From IMG/VR virus record IMGVR_UViG_3300043409_000928, positions 221,305 to 285,304 of that record: a DNA stretch of 64,000 nucleotides; one strand, written 5' to 3'. A program made the position numbers and the translations under genes. Below, one piece after another: positions 25,666-34,719 of this stretch (positions are counted from its first letter, which is position 1; every line of letters starts with the position of its first letter). A model generated the notes under the pieces. That model did no database searches. It worked only from the letters and a program-made list of their open reading frames with translations, and was not told the DNA's origin.

Positions 25666-27573
25666 TTATAATGCCGCTATACGAGCTTGAAAATCTGCAA
25701 AGTTTGTGGATGCGGCAACAATTGATTTCAATTGGGTCTTAGTAATTGCTTCACTGCCATTGAATGTAATTGCGCCTGCGGCCACAAAGTTTAAATCATT
25801 TCCGCTTGTAAATGTACATGGACCTGCGCCAGTGAGTGTTACATTCTGAACATTTAAGTTGGTTGTGGTTACACTGGTATATGTTGGTGCAGTTGGTTTA
25901 TCAGTTAAGTCATTGTAGCTACCGCTAAAAGATTCAATGGCACTGGTCTGACTATCAACGTAGCCTTTTGTTGCCGCATGATCTGCACTTGTTGGTTCAG
26001 CCGGTAATGTTAACTTACCATCTGCTGAAAACAGCCAATCTTTGTAAGTGTTTGGTAATGTAGTTGTACGAATTCTAATGTTGCCACCAGTGTACGAATC
26101 CATATGAAGCGCACCAAGAGTGTCGCTTGGATCATACCCGATATAGGTACTGTTTACTGCATCTGTAATTCCATAACCATTTCCAGTGCCGGATCCGTAA
26201 TCATAAAGTTGTGCGCCATTTACCAATCTTATGTAACCATTTGATTGAAGGATAACCTGTTTACTTCCGTTAATCAATCTATCAGCAAAGCCACCGGCAC
26301 CACTTGGTGCCGGACCGTATGTTACTTCTTTGGTCTCTGGGTCGTAGTATGCTATATAATATGTAGGTTCTGCGCTTCTAATTGGGTCAATATACAAGCC
26401 AGCAACACTACCATTTAATTCATTGCCACTTGCGTTGATTACAATAGAGCCAGCAGGTTGATTAGTCACCCCAGCCGCCGTACCAATTGCTACAGCATAG
26501 TCGCCTTGGGCGTTTGAACCAGCCGCCGTACCAACAGCCACTGAGTAGTTGCCTTGTATGGTTCGGCCAGCATTGCGGCCAATGGCCACTGCATTGGAGC
26601 CTTGTGAGGTTTGGCCGGCACTTTCGCCAACTGCAACTGCCGCCGTCCCTTGATACTCGCTACCTGCTGTAAAACCGACAGCAACTGCGTTCTCGCCTTG
26701 ATCAATATAACCAGTGGCCACACCAATGGAAACTGCCGCGCCGCCTTGATTTGTTCTACCTGAACTATTACCAATAGCAATAGCAAATGAGGAGCCACCG
26801 TATGCCCCATATCCGCCATATCCGCCAGCATCAGTGACGCCACCTGCATTGCGACCCAATGCGATTCGAGTTGGTCCTAAATTATTACTAATGTTGGCTA
26901 TGCTGTTCCATGATAGGGTGGGTATGGAACTTACTTTCCAATCAACATAGGCCTTGGTTGTTGCATGGTTTGGATTTGTTATAGGACCTGAAACAATAAC
27001 TGAGTTGTATGTTGGATTTGTTGGTTTGTCTATCAGGTCATTATAACTAACACCACGAGGTGGAATAGAATCCAGCACATCATGCACACGCTGTTCTGTA
27101 AAATATAAATTACTACCTTCTGCGATATGGAAAGTATTCTTTGCCGCAAGTGCTGTGTCAAATCTTTCTTGTGTCCAGTATAAATTAATACCTTCGGCAA
27201 TATGGTAGGTGTTGACCTGTGCCAACTCTTCCCAAAATCTTAAACCAAAGTCGCCACTGGCCAATTTTGTATTGACAATGGTAGTAATTGTACCGGCAAA
27301 GTTTGCATCATCATTTAGTGCAGTGGCAAGTTCGTCCAGTGTGTCTAGTATACCAGGTGCGCCATCAATCAGCGCAGTAATTGCGCTATCTACATATGGC
27401 TTGTTGGCTAAGTTGCCAATGCTGATCACGCTGTCTGTGATATCAAGGCCGGTAGTCTTTAGTGTAACGCCATTTTGTACAAGAACAAATTCGTCTTCAG
27501 CGGCAAATCCAACCGTGGGATCCAGTTCGCTAATCTTTACAAAGACTTTACCTTCAAGTAGATTTGATGCCAT
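25666..27573 (-). CDS. Tail fibre protein
   Basis: APGILDTLDELA, EGxNLY repeats, AVAIGxxAG repeats, HAATKGYVD. Confidence 0.8.
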   Translation of the reverse strand: MASNLLEGKVFVKISELDPTVGFAAEDEFVLVQNGVTLKTTGLDITDSVISIGNLANKPYVDSAITALIDGAPGILDTLDELATALNDDANFAGTITTIVNTKLASGDFGLRFWEELAQVNTYHIAEGINLYWTQERFDTALAAKNTFHIAEGSNLYFTEQRVHDVLDSIPPRGVSYNDLIDKPTNPTYNSVIVSGPITNPNHATTKAYVDWKVSSIPTLSWNSIANISNNLGPTRIALGRNAGGVTDAGGYGGYGAYGGSSFAIAIGNSSGRTNQGGAAVSIGVATGYIDQGENAVAVGFTAGSEYQGTAAVAVGESAGQTSQGSNAVAIGRNAGRTIQGNYSVAVGTAAGSNAQGDYAVAIGTAAGVTNQPAGSIVINASGNELNGSVAGLYIDPIRSAEPTYYIAYYDPETKEVTYGPAPSGAGGFADRLINGSKQVILQSNGYIRLVNGAQLYDYGSGTGNGYGITDAVNSTYIGYDPSDTLGALHMDSYTGGNIRIRTTTLPNTYKDWLFSADGKLTLPAEPTSADHAATKGYVDSQTSAIESFSGSYNDLTDKPTAPTYTSVTTTNLNVQNVTLTGAGPCTFTSGNDLNFVAAGAITFNGSEAITKTQLKSIVAASTNFADFQARIAAL

Positions 27574-27587
27574 TTTGTTATTCTCTC

Positions 27588-27986
27588 TTATTCAATTCTT
27601 TGTAGTGCAATATAGATACTATAAGTTGCACTGGTTGCGGATCCAATTTTACAGCTCATCGTAACTGTATTGGCATTCAAGGTCAATACAATTGCACCAT
27701 TGAAACCTTCTTCAAATGTATCTTCAATCTTAGTTATGCCAGATCCAACAGTGATGGTTCCACGCAATTGTTTAGTAACTCTGTTGCCTAAGTTGTCTGT
27801 ACCAAATAATTTTAACTCATAAAATTCTGTTCCTGCCACTGATAGTTGATTGCCATTACGATCCAGTGCGTTTGAATCAGCGCCGGCACATACAGCACCA
27901 AACACCATTTGTCTTACACTGACTGCACCTTCGCCAATGCTAAATTCACTTGAGGTTGTACCTGCTATGTTGTTATATGTTTTCAT
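27588..27986 (-). CDS. Putative structural protein
   Basis: Beta-rich 132-aa ORF within tail module. Confidence 0.55.
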   Translation of the reverse strand: MKTYNNIAGTTSSEFSIGEGAVSVRQMVFGAVCAGADSNALDRNGNQLSVAGTEFYELKLFGTDNLGNRVTKQLRGTITVGSGITKIEDTFEEGFNGAIVLTLNANTVTMSCKIGSATSATYSIYIALQRIE

Positions 27987-29971
27987 TATATGTATGTTAC
28001 CTCAACTCTTACCTGTCCAGTTGCACTATTACTAGGAATGTCAACAACAATATCTTTTCTAGCAGAAGTCACCAAGTCACTTTCAATTGAATATGTGCCT
28101 GTTTTATCAGACCCGTGTAAACTAAACTGCCAAACTGTATCGCTTCCAACATTTACAGCAAAGTCTGGAGCATCTACTAGAGCTTGCAATACTGTTACAC
28201 TTACATTTAAAACTCGACGATCTTCAGAGATAGTACCAATTGTAGTGGTTGTGCCTGGCAATGAAACTGTTTCTTTGATTGTTTTTGCATCGACTGCTAC
28301 ACTTCGTTCACCACCAACTTTGGTCCACGCAGATCCATCATATGTAAATGTGGCCCATTCGCCATTGCCATCATTGATGACATAGCACTGGTCACCAACC
28401 AAGGCATTTAATGCATCGCGGGCTACTATGTTTGCAACAACCGCAGTACCGCTTGATCTGATACCTTGCTCAATATTTAGACCCAGTGCATAGCGTCCGT
28501 TTTGTCCACTCAATACACCTGCCGTGTCTAAGAACGAACCAGCAAAGTCTCTGATAGTTAATGGGCCACCATCTACTCGAATTAAACGTAGCGCACTTGT
28601 TGTTGTATTTGCGGCTGTACTTAAAGGCAAGCTTGACAAAGAACTAGCACCAGCAAAATTATTGCTGTTGGCATCTGCTGTGACATTTACAATAGTAATT
28701 GCACCACCAGCATTGTGTCTTAGTTTAATATCACTGCCATTTACCAGGCTGGCAACAATGTCAGGAATCTTTGCGGCATTGATATCTGCTACCATGTCGT
28801 TTTGATCAGCAACAACCGGATCGCCATAAGCGGCACTACCACTGGTGGTTGTTGTAAAGTTAACAACGACTCCGTTAATGCTTGCACTGAACGGAGTATA
28901 GCCAGCAATAATACCATAAGCACTGCCTTGTCCGGCAATGTCACTGAATACTTCAGTGGCCGCGCCAACTTTTACTGCTGTAATTTTATGTGTAGGAGTA
29001 TCTACATTGATTAATGCCACTGCTTCGTCTACACTGTATGTACCTGTACCGCTGTACAGCGTAACCTGTGTTCTATTAATTTCAACAATGTCGCCATCTG
29101 TACCAACTGGGTCAATACCAGTACCGGTTGTTGATGTAGTAATAGCATCAGCAACCTTCATGTAGATAGGACGTCGACTGTTATCGTTGGTTGTTAAATC
29201 GCCCGAGCCATCCAAGCTGGGATATAGGTAATCACCTACTGCTCCTGGCAAACCTGGCACAAAGTCAACAATGCCGTTGGCTGGCCGCAGAATGAATTGA
29301 TCAGGACCTGGACCTGGATGAACCACAGTACCAAGGAATTTGCTGATGTTGTTGGAATTACTTAAAGAAAATGTACCTGCTTCAATACAAACTGCATCAC
29401 CTTGTTCAAAGCCATGATTAGTTTTTTCTAACAAGTAATTTGTCAAGGGGTTCATATACTGGAAGCGACTCATTACGTTGGTAAAGAAGTCTGTGGCCGC
29501 TTCACCTGGCAACGGGTCCAACATTGGAAAACCTAGTTCATTAATTTGAAAGAAGATGACAGGACCCGGAGTACCAAATAAACCAAAACCAGCAGGATCT
29601 CTAAATGTATTGTAACGCAGTCTATCTTCTACCACTGCTACCACTTCACTATTGGTCTTGGAAAGAACACTGATAATTTGTAAAACTTTACCGTCGCTGG
29701 CACCAGCAACAAAATCGCCTACTTCAATATCTTGTGCATCAAATTTAAATGGAGTTCTTGTTAAGTTACTACCATGCGTCTTTTCTGATACAGTAAAAGA
29801 AACTTCCCAGCGATAGGATTTGGGATTAAGACCACCGCTCCAATAAGGATCGTCAGCACCATTTGCATAGGGCCAAAGACTCAATGCTGTCACCGAATCG
29901 GCTGTGCCAGAAAGTACTTTGGCCGGCTTGTTTAATCCAATGAAGCTGGTTTTCCAAGCATTGATAGTCAT
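27986..29971 (-). CDS. Putative tail/baseplate structural protein
   Basis: 661 aa, Gly/Thr/Ser-rich, within tail module. Confidence 0.6.
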   Translation of the reverse strand: MTINAWKTSFIGLNKPAKVLSGTADSVTALSLWPYANGADDPYWSGGLNPKSYRWEVSFTVSEKTHGSNLTRTPFKFDAQDIEVGDFVAGASDGKVLQIISVLSKTNSEVVAVVEDRLRYNTFRDPAGFGLFGTPGPVIFFQINELGFPMLDPLPGEAATDFFTNVMSRFQYMNPLTNYLLEKTNHGFEQGDAVCIEAGTFSLSNSNNISKFLGTVVHPGPGPDQFILRPANGIVDFVPGLPGAVGDYLYPSLDGSGDLTTNDNSRRPIYMKVADAITTSTTGTGIDPVGTDGDIVEINRTQVTLYSGTGTYSVDEAVALINVDTPTHKITAVKVGAATEVFSDIAGQGSAYGIIAGYTPFSASINGVVVNFTTTTSGSAAYGDPVVADQNDMVADINAAKIPDIVASLVNGSDIKLRHNAGGAITIVNVTADANSNNFAGASSLSSLPLSTAANTTTSALRLIRVDGGPLTIRDFAGSFLDTAGVLSGQNGRYALGLNIEQGIRSSGTAVVANIVARDALNALVGDQCYVINDGNGEWATFTYDGSAWTKVGGERSVAVDAKTIKETVSLPGTTTTIGTISEDRRVLNVSVTVLQALVDAPDFAVNVGSDTVWQFSLHGSDKTGTYSIESDLVTSARKDIVVDIPSNSATGQVRVEVTYI

Positions 29972-29980
29972 GTTGTTCCT

Positions 29981-32900
29981 TTATACACTACTTAATAAAA
30001 ATTGTACTACACAGTGAGTTGTTTGTCCCACACCAGCACTGGCACCAGTGATAGCTTTAGTCAAACCAATTGTCATTGTGTTAACTGCTGGATCAAATGC
30101 ACTGAATGCACTTGGACTACCACTTGTGCCGCCACCTGCAAGTGTTCTACCTGCAGTAAATGTGCTTGAAACTGCTGTCAACACATAGGAGTTACTTGCT
30201 CGTTGATAAGAGTATACTTGAGTATTCAATGGAGCACATACACTGCCTGTAAATGTAAATGTAACTGTGGCAACAGTAGAAGTTGCAGTAGCAATAACAG
30301 CACTGATGCCGCCATTTAATACGCTGACACTTGACAAGTTACCAGACGCATCGTATTCGACCTGTACGCTAGCACGGAATACACCTGAGCTTGAGCCGGT
30401 GCCGCCGGATCCACCGCTTACTGTACTTGGTGCCCATGAACTACCATTCCAAACAAGTGCTTGACCTGTTGTTGGTGTTGTGGCCGCCACGTCGGCAAAT
30501 TGATTTAAATTACTTTGTCCTAGACGTGTATCAAAACGTGATGACGTATAATATAAGTTTGAGCTACCTTCAGTGACATTGTCTGTGGTAGCATTTAAAC
30601 TAATTGTACCTGTACCGCTGTTGTAGCTGATACCAGTACCAGCGCCAAATGCTCCACGAGCCAGCGTGTCAGTAAAGTATTTGTTAATGCTACCTTGAGT
30701 TAAATTGTCAGTGGTCTTGGTACCTAGTCTTGTATCCCAACGAGCATTTGTATAATATTGATTGGCTGACCCTTCGCTTACGCTGTCAGTGTTCAGAGTT
30801 ACTGCGCCAGTTAAGCCGTTGACACTGGCAACAGCGCCACTGCCGCCACTAACAGTGCTAGGAGTCCAAGCACTACCTGTCCAAGTCAATACTTGTCCGT
30901 TAGTAGGAGCCGCCGTAATTGTGTCAACGTCTGATAGTGCGTTGATACTACTTGCCGCAATACGTACATCAGCACGAGCATCAGCTCGAGTATTTGTAAA
31001 GAACAAGTTACTACCTTCTGTAATGTAACTTGTATTGGCACGATATTTAATTTGACCAGTGACATCATCATAACTGATCAAGCTAGTGATATTACTATCA
31101 CTGATAGAACTTAGTGCTGATCTTGCTCTGGCATCTGTGTAGTATAATCTAGTGCCTTCAGTAACATCACTAGATGTCACTCCACTCAACGCTGTAGTAA
31201 CACTAACATTAGCACTACCATCAAAACTAACCAAACCAGTTACTTTACCAGTTAAGGTAAGTGTTCTAGCAGTTGTCCATTTATTTGCCTTGTTGGCTAA
31301 ATCAACTTCTAAATCATAGCCAGATTGTGTTGTATTTTGTACACCATAAATCTGTACACTACCAGCCTTGCCGTTGACTGTATAACTTGTACCAGTATCG
31401 CCCTTGGCTCCTTGTGGGATTACAAAGTTCAATGTGGCCGCAGAACTTGTGCCGGCATTTGTAATACTTGCGCTACTGCCAGCGGCACCTGTTGTTACAC
31501 TACCCACTGCAATAGTACCCGCATTACCTTGCGTACCTTGATCACCCTGTGGTCCACGTACATCACCGGCATTTAATACAGTAGAGTCAGATAGTGTAAT
31601 GTTTAAATCATTACCACTTACTGCGGCATTGGTAACAGACACGCCAGCATTTCCTGTATTACCTTTGTCACCTTTTGGTCCAACAATGCTACCAGTATCA
31701 ATTGTACTGGCATCGTCTAATGTAAGTATTAAATTACCATCACCGTTGACTACTGCGCTGAAAACGCCGACACCAGTGTCACCTTTTGGAATAGTAAAGT
31801 TTAATAGTGCCGCACTGGCAGTACCAGTATTTGTAATAACTACGTCTGTACCTGCGGCACCAGTTGCCACAGCATTGATAGTAATGGTACCAGCATCGCC
31901 AGCATCGCCTTTGTCACCCTGTGTACCAACTACACTACCAGCATCAACTGTCGAGCTGTCTGTTTTGGTAATAATTAAATTGCCGCTGCCATTGACAGTG
32001 GCTGAACTGACACCAACACCGGCATTACCTGTGTCGCCCTTAGCACCCTGCGGGATACTAAAGTTTAATGTTACTGCACTGGCAGTACCAGAATTTGCCA
32101 CAGTTGCCGCTGAACCGGCCGCCCCTGTTGTTACACTACCCACTGCAATAGTTGCCGCTGTACCTGTGTCACCTTTGGTACCAACTACGCTACCAGCGTT
32201 GATTGTTGTATTATCTTGCTTTGTTAATATTAATTCGCCACTGCCGTTTATTGCGGCAGTTTTAATACCTGATACATTACCAGCATCAACAATGCTGTTG
32301 TCTGTTAATGTTAATTGTAAACGACCTAACAATGTTACTGTGGCGGCGCTGATACTTAGACCTGCTGAGCCTGCGGCACCAGCCGCACCTGTATCACCTG
32401 TATCACCTTTGGCTCCACTATTAGCAACTGGTACAAAATTTGTACCATCAAAACCTAGGATTTGCCCTGCACTAATTGCACTTACGTTTACACCAGAAAG
32501 TGAATTTAGTGTTACTTGACTTGCAACTGCATTGGCAAATGTAGGATTGACTGATGAAGATACATTGGCTGTAAATTGGTCATCAACATATTTCTTGGTT
32601 GCGGCTTGTAAATCAGCAGTAGGAGCACCTGACAATGTCAATGCACCTGTCATTGTGCCACCTGACAAGTTTACCTTGCCAGCCAGAGTACTTGTAAGGT
32701 CTGTTGCAAAACTTGGATTGCTGGCAATTGCCGCGGCCAACTCGTTTAGTGTGTTTAACGCACCAGGAGCTCCATTGATTAAATTATCTACTTGGCCTGT
32801 AACATAAGTTTGTGTGGCATATCCGTTGTTGTTTAGGTATGTGCCTACATCACTTAATGTTACGCCACCGCCTGTGCCACCTACAGAACTGATAACTCCA

Positions 32901-33475
32901 TTGGTAATAGTAATCGTTGAACCGTCAACTTTGACACCACCCAGTACTGAAGTTGATGCAGTTGGTAATGTGTATGCAGAAGGAATAGTAGGCTTGTTTG
33001 TTAAATCATTGTAGTTGCCACTAAAATTACCACTGCCGCCAGTGATACTGACATTTGCTGTGCCATCAAGAACTGTAACAGTTGCGCCACTTACAAAGTT
33101 AATGCTGGTAAAATTACCACGGTTTGCGGTGTTCTCGTAAATTGAAACACTGTCAAGTCCACCTGTAATAGTGGCAATGTTGTCTTGTACTGCAACATTT
33201 GGCCCAACAAAATTCAATACAGTAGCAGTTCCACGGGCTGTACCATTTTCTTTAACAGCAATACTTCCCGACCCGCCACTGTTGCCACTGCCACCAGCTA
33301 GACTGATCATCAGTTTGCCAGTCACATCATCGTATGATGTTTGTAGTCCGATGTTAATATCGGTGCCTACTTCAATTTGTTCGGCTACAATGTCTTGAAC
33401 ATCTTCTTCTGTGAGGCCTCCGCCACCACCTGTTCCGCCTTGTAGTTGTCCTCCTGAAGATGCATTAATTGCCAT
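29981..33475 (-). CDS. Long collagen-like tail fibre
   Basis: GAKGDTG Gly-X-Y blocks alternating with repeated beta modules; EGxxNLYY repeats. Confidence 0.85.
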   Translation of the reverse strand: MAINASSGGQLQGGTGGGGGLTEEDVQDIVAEQIEVGTDINIGLQTSYDDVTGKLMISLAGGSGNSGGSGSIAVKENGTARGTATVLNFVGPNVAVQDNIATITGGLDSVSIYENTANRGNFTSINFVSGATVTVLDGTANVSITGGSGNFSGNYNDLTNKPTIPSAYTLPTASTSVLGGVKVDGSTITITNGVISSVGGTGGGVTLSDVGTYLNNNGYATQTYVTGQVDNLINGAPGALNTLNELAAAIASNPSFATDLTSTLAGKVNLSGGTMTGALTLSGAPTADLQAATKKYVDDQFTANVSSSVNPTFANAVASQVTLNSLSGVNVSAISAGQILGFDGTNFVPVANSGAKGDTGDTGAAGAAGSAGLSISAATVTLLGRLQLTLTDNSIVDAGNVSGIKTAAINGSGELILTKQDNTTINAGSVVGTKGDTGTAATIAVGSVTTGAAGSAATVANSGTASAVTLNFSIPQGAKGDTGNAGVGVSSATVNGSGNLIITKTDSSTVDAGSVVGTQGDKGDAGDAGTITINAVATGAAGTDVVITNTGTASAALLNFTIPKGDTGVGVFSAVVNGDGNLILTLDDASTIDTGSIVGPKGDKGNTGNAGVSVTNAAVSGNDLNITLSDSTVLNAGDVRGPQGDQGTQGNAGTIAVGSVTTGAAGSSASITNAGTSSAATLNFVIPQGAKGDTGTSYTVNGKAGSVQIYGVQNTTQSGYDLEVDLANKANKWTTARTLTLTGKVTGLVSFDGSANVSVTTALSGVTSSDVTEGTRLYYTDARARSALSSISDSNITSLISYDDVTGQIKYRANTSYITEGSNLFFTNTRADARADVRIAASSINALSDVDTITAAPTNGQVLTWTGSAWTPSTVSGGSGAVASVNGLTGAVTLNTDSVSEGSANQYYTNARWDTRLGTKTTDNLTQGSINKYFTDTLARGAFGAGTGISYNSGTGTISLNATTDNVTEGSSNLYYTSSRFDTRLGQSNLNQFADVAATTPTTGQALVWNGSSWAPSTVSGGSGGTGSSSGVFRASVQVEYDASGNLSSVSVLNGGISAVIATATSTVATVTFTFTGSVCAPLNTQVYSYQRASNSYVLTAVSSTFTAGRTLAGGGTSGSPSAFSAFDPAVNTMTIGLTKAITGASAGVGQTTHCVVQFLLSSV

Positions 33476-33498
33476 TTTTATTTCTCCTGTTTATTCTT

Positions 33499-33867
33499 TT
33501 ATAAGCTTAGAACTACTCGTTCGCAGGTGCCTAATGCCGAAATTGGCTGACCTAAATGGCTTCTCTGAATCTTTGCTCTTAAGTAAACAAAGTTTCCTAC
33601 CAAGTTAAATGTTTCTATTTTTGATTCCGCACTTTCTACATTGAAGTAGCCTGTCCCGTTTCCTAATCCTATAGGAAACCAGTCATTTTCGCTTGGGTTA
33701 TCACTGATACTGGCTTCTATGAACAGCTTACCTTTAAAGTTTTTTAAGTAAAATGCAACAGTATGTAAACCGTCTGCAAATCCATAATATCCGTCAGCAC
33801 GGGTTGCAAGCCCAACTTGATCCAAGTTGCCATTTGCCACCATCATGTTTGAGTTACGCATACTCAT
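33499..33867 (-). CDS. Putative structural protein
   Basis: 122-aa ORF, SD AAGGA. Confidence 0.6.
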   Translation of the reverse strand: MSMRNSNMMVANGNLDQVGLATRADGYYGFADGLHTVAFYLKNFKGKLFIEASISDNPSENDWFPIGLGNGTGYFNVESAESKIETFNLVGNFVYLRAKIQRSHLGQPISALGTCERVVLSL

Positions 33868-33870
33868 GGG

Positions 33871-34035
33871 TTATTCCTTAATAATTTCCACAATTGCACC
33901 ATCGCCAACCAACTGTTGAGCCACTGCTTCTAGGTTAGAAACGGTTTCTTCGCTCAAAATTGGACTTGCAACTTCACCTTCTTTGTGTAGTTTGCTGACT
34001 TTGATTACAAGTAGTTCTTCGTGTATTTTTGCCAT
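33871..34035 (-). CDS. 54-aa hypothetical protein
   Basis: Hand translation MAKIHEELLVIKVSKLHKEG...GDGAIVEIIKE; SD GGAGG. Confidence 0.6.
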   Translation of the reverse strand: MAKIHEELLVIKVSKLHKEGEVASPILSEETVSNLEAVAQQLVGDGAIVEIIKE

Positions 34036-34041
34036 TAAAAA

Positions 34042-34068
34042 GCCTCCATCACTATTTAGCGTGGAGGC
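34042..34068 (-). terminator. Terminator hairpin containing TAAATA (loop) and SD (3' arm)
   Basis: GCCTCCA-CGCTAAATAGTGA-TGGAGGC-TTTTT-A-ATG. Confidence 0.65.
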
Positions 34069-34088
34069 TCAGTTTAGGCTTTAGCTTT

Positions 34089-34718
34089 TTACGGTTTTCT
34101 TATGCGTTCAAAGCGTTCTATACAGTCGCCAACTTGCAATCTAAGCATGGCGGCATCATCAGCAGAACGAAGATATAAATGCATTGGTTGTCCCCACGCA
34201 TTTAACTTGGGGGCTGACTCTTTTGTAATAATATCTTTAAGTACGCCTGCACAATGCCAGTCATTTGGATCCATTGCACGAACGGCTGTTTTAAAACTGT
34301 CAACTTTAGTGCTCTTGAACTCACTGGAGTATAGGATTCTAGCACGGATTGAATACTTGCCGTACCATGGTTTGCTACGGATAATGTCTGAGGAATGCAA
34401 CATCAAAAGCTCTTTGGCTCTATCGTTTTCTGGTTTCCAAATTTCTAGTATTTTATGGGACCAAGTTTCTAACAGTTCCTCAAGTTCTTCTTCAGTATTT
34501 AAAAACAAACTTAAATTATTTTCTTTACGCATTCCTGCGTTTGAAAACTTTTCTTTACACCATTTACTCAAAAGTCGAAATTCTTGAACTCGGGCCGCTC
34601 TGGAACTTGGGTCAGTGCGCCAATTATTGCTTCTACATTGGCTATTGGGAGTAATTTCAATGACTGCTTTTATTGGCCACTGTTTCCAAAATAACCGTTG
34701 TGTGTTATGTATTTTCAT
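34089..34718 (-). CDS. Hypothetical protein
   Basis: 209-aa ORF. Confidence 0.6.
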   Translation of the reverse strand: MKIHNTQRLFWKQWPIKAVIEITPNSQCRSNNWRTDPSSRAARVQEFRLLSKWCKEKFSNAGMRKENNLSLFLNTEEELEELLETWSHKILEIWKPENDRAKELLMLHSSDIIRSKPWYGKYSIRARILYSSEFKSTKVDSFKTAVRAMDPNDWHCAGVLKDIITKESAPKLNAWGQPMHLYLRSADDAAMLRLQVGDCIERFERIRKP

Positions 34719-34719
34719 T

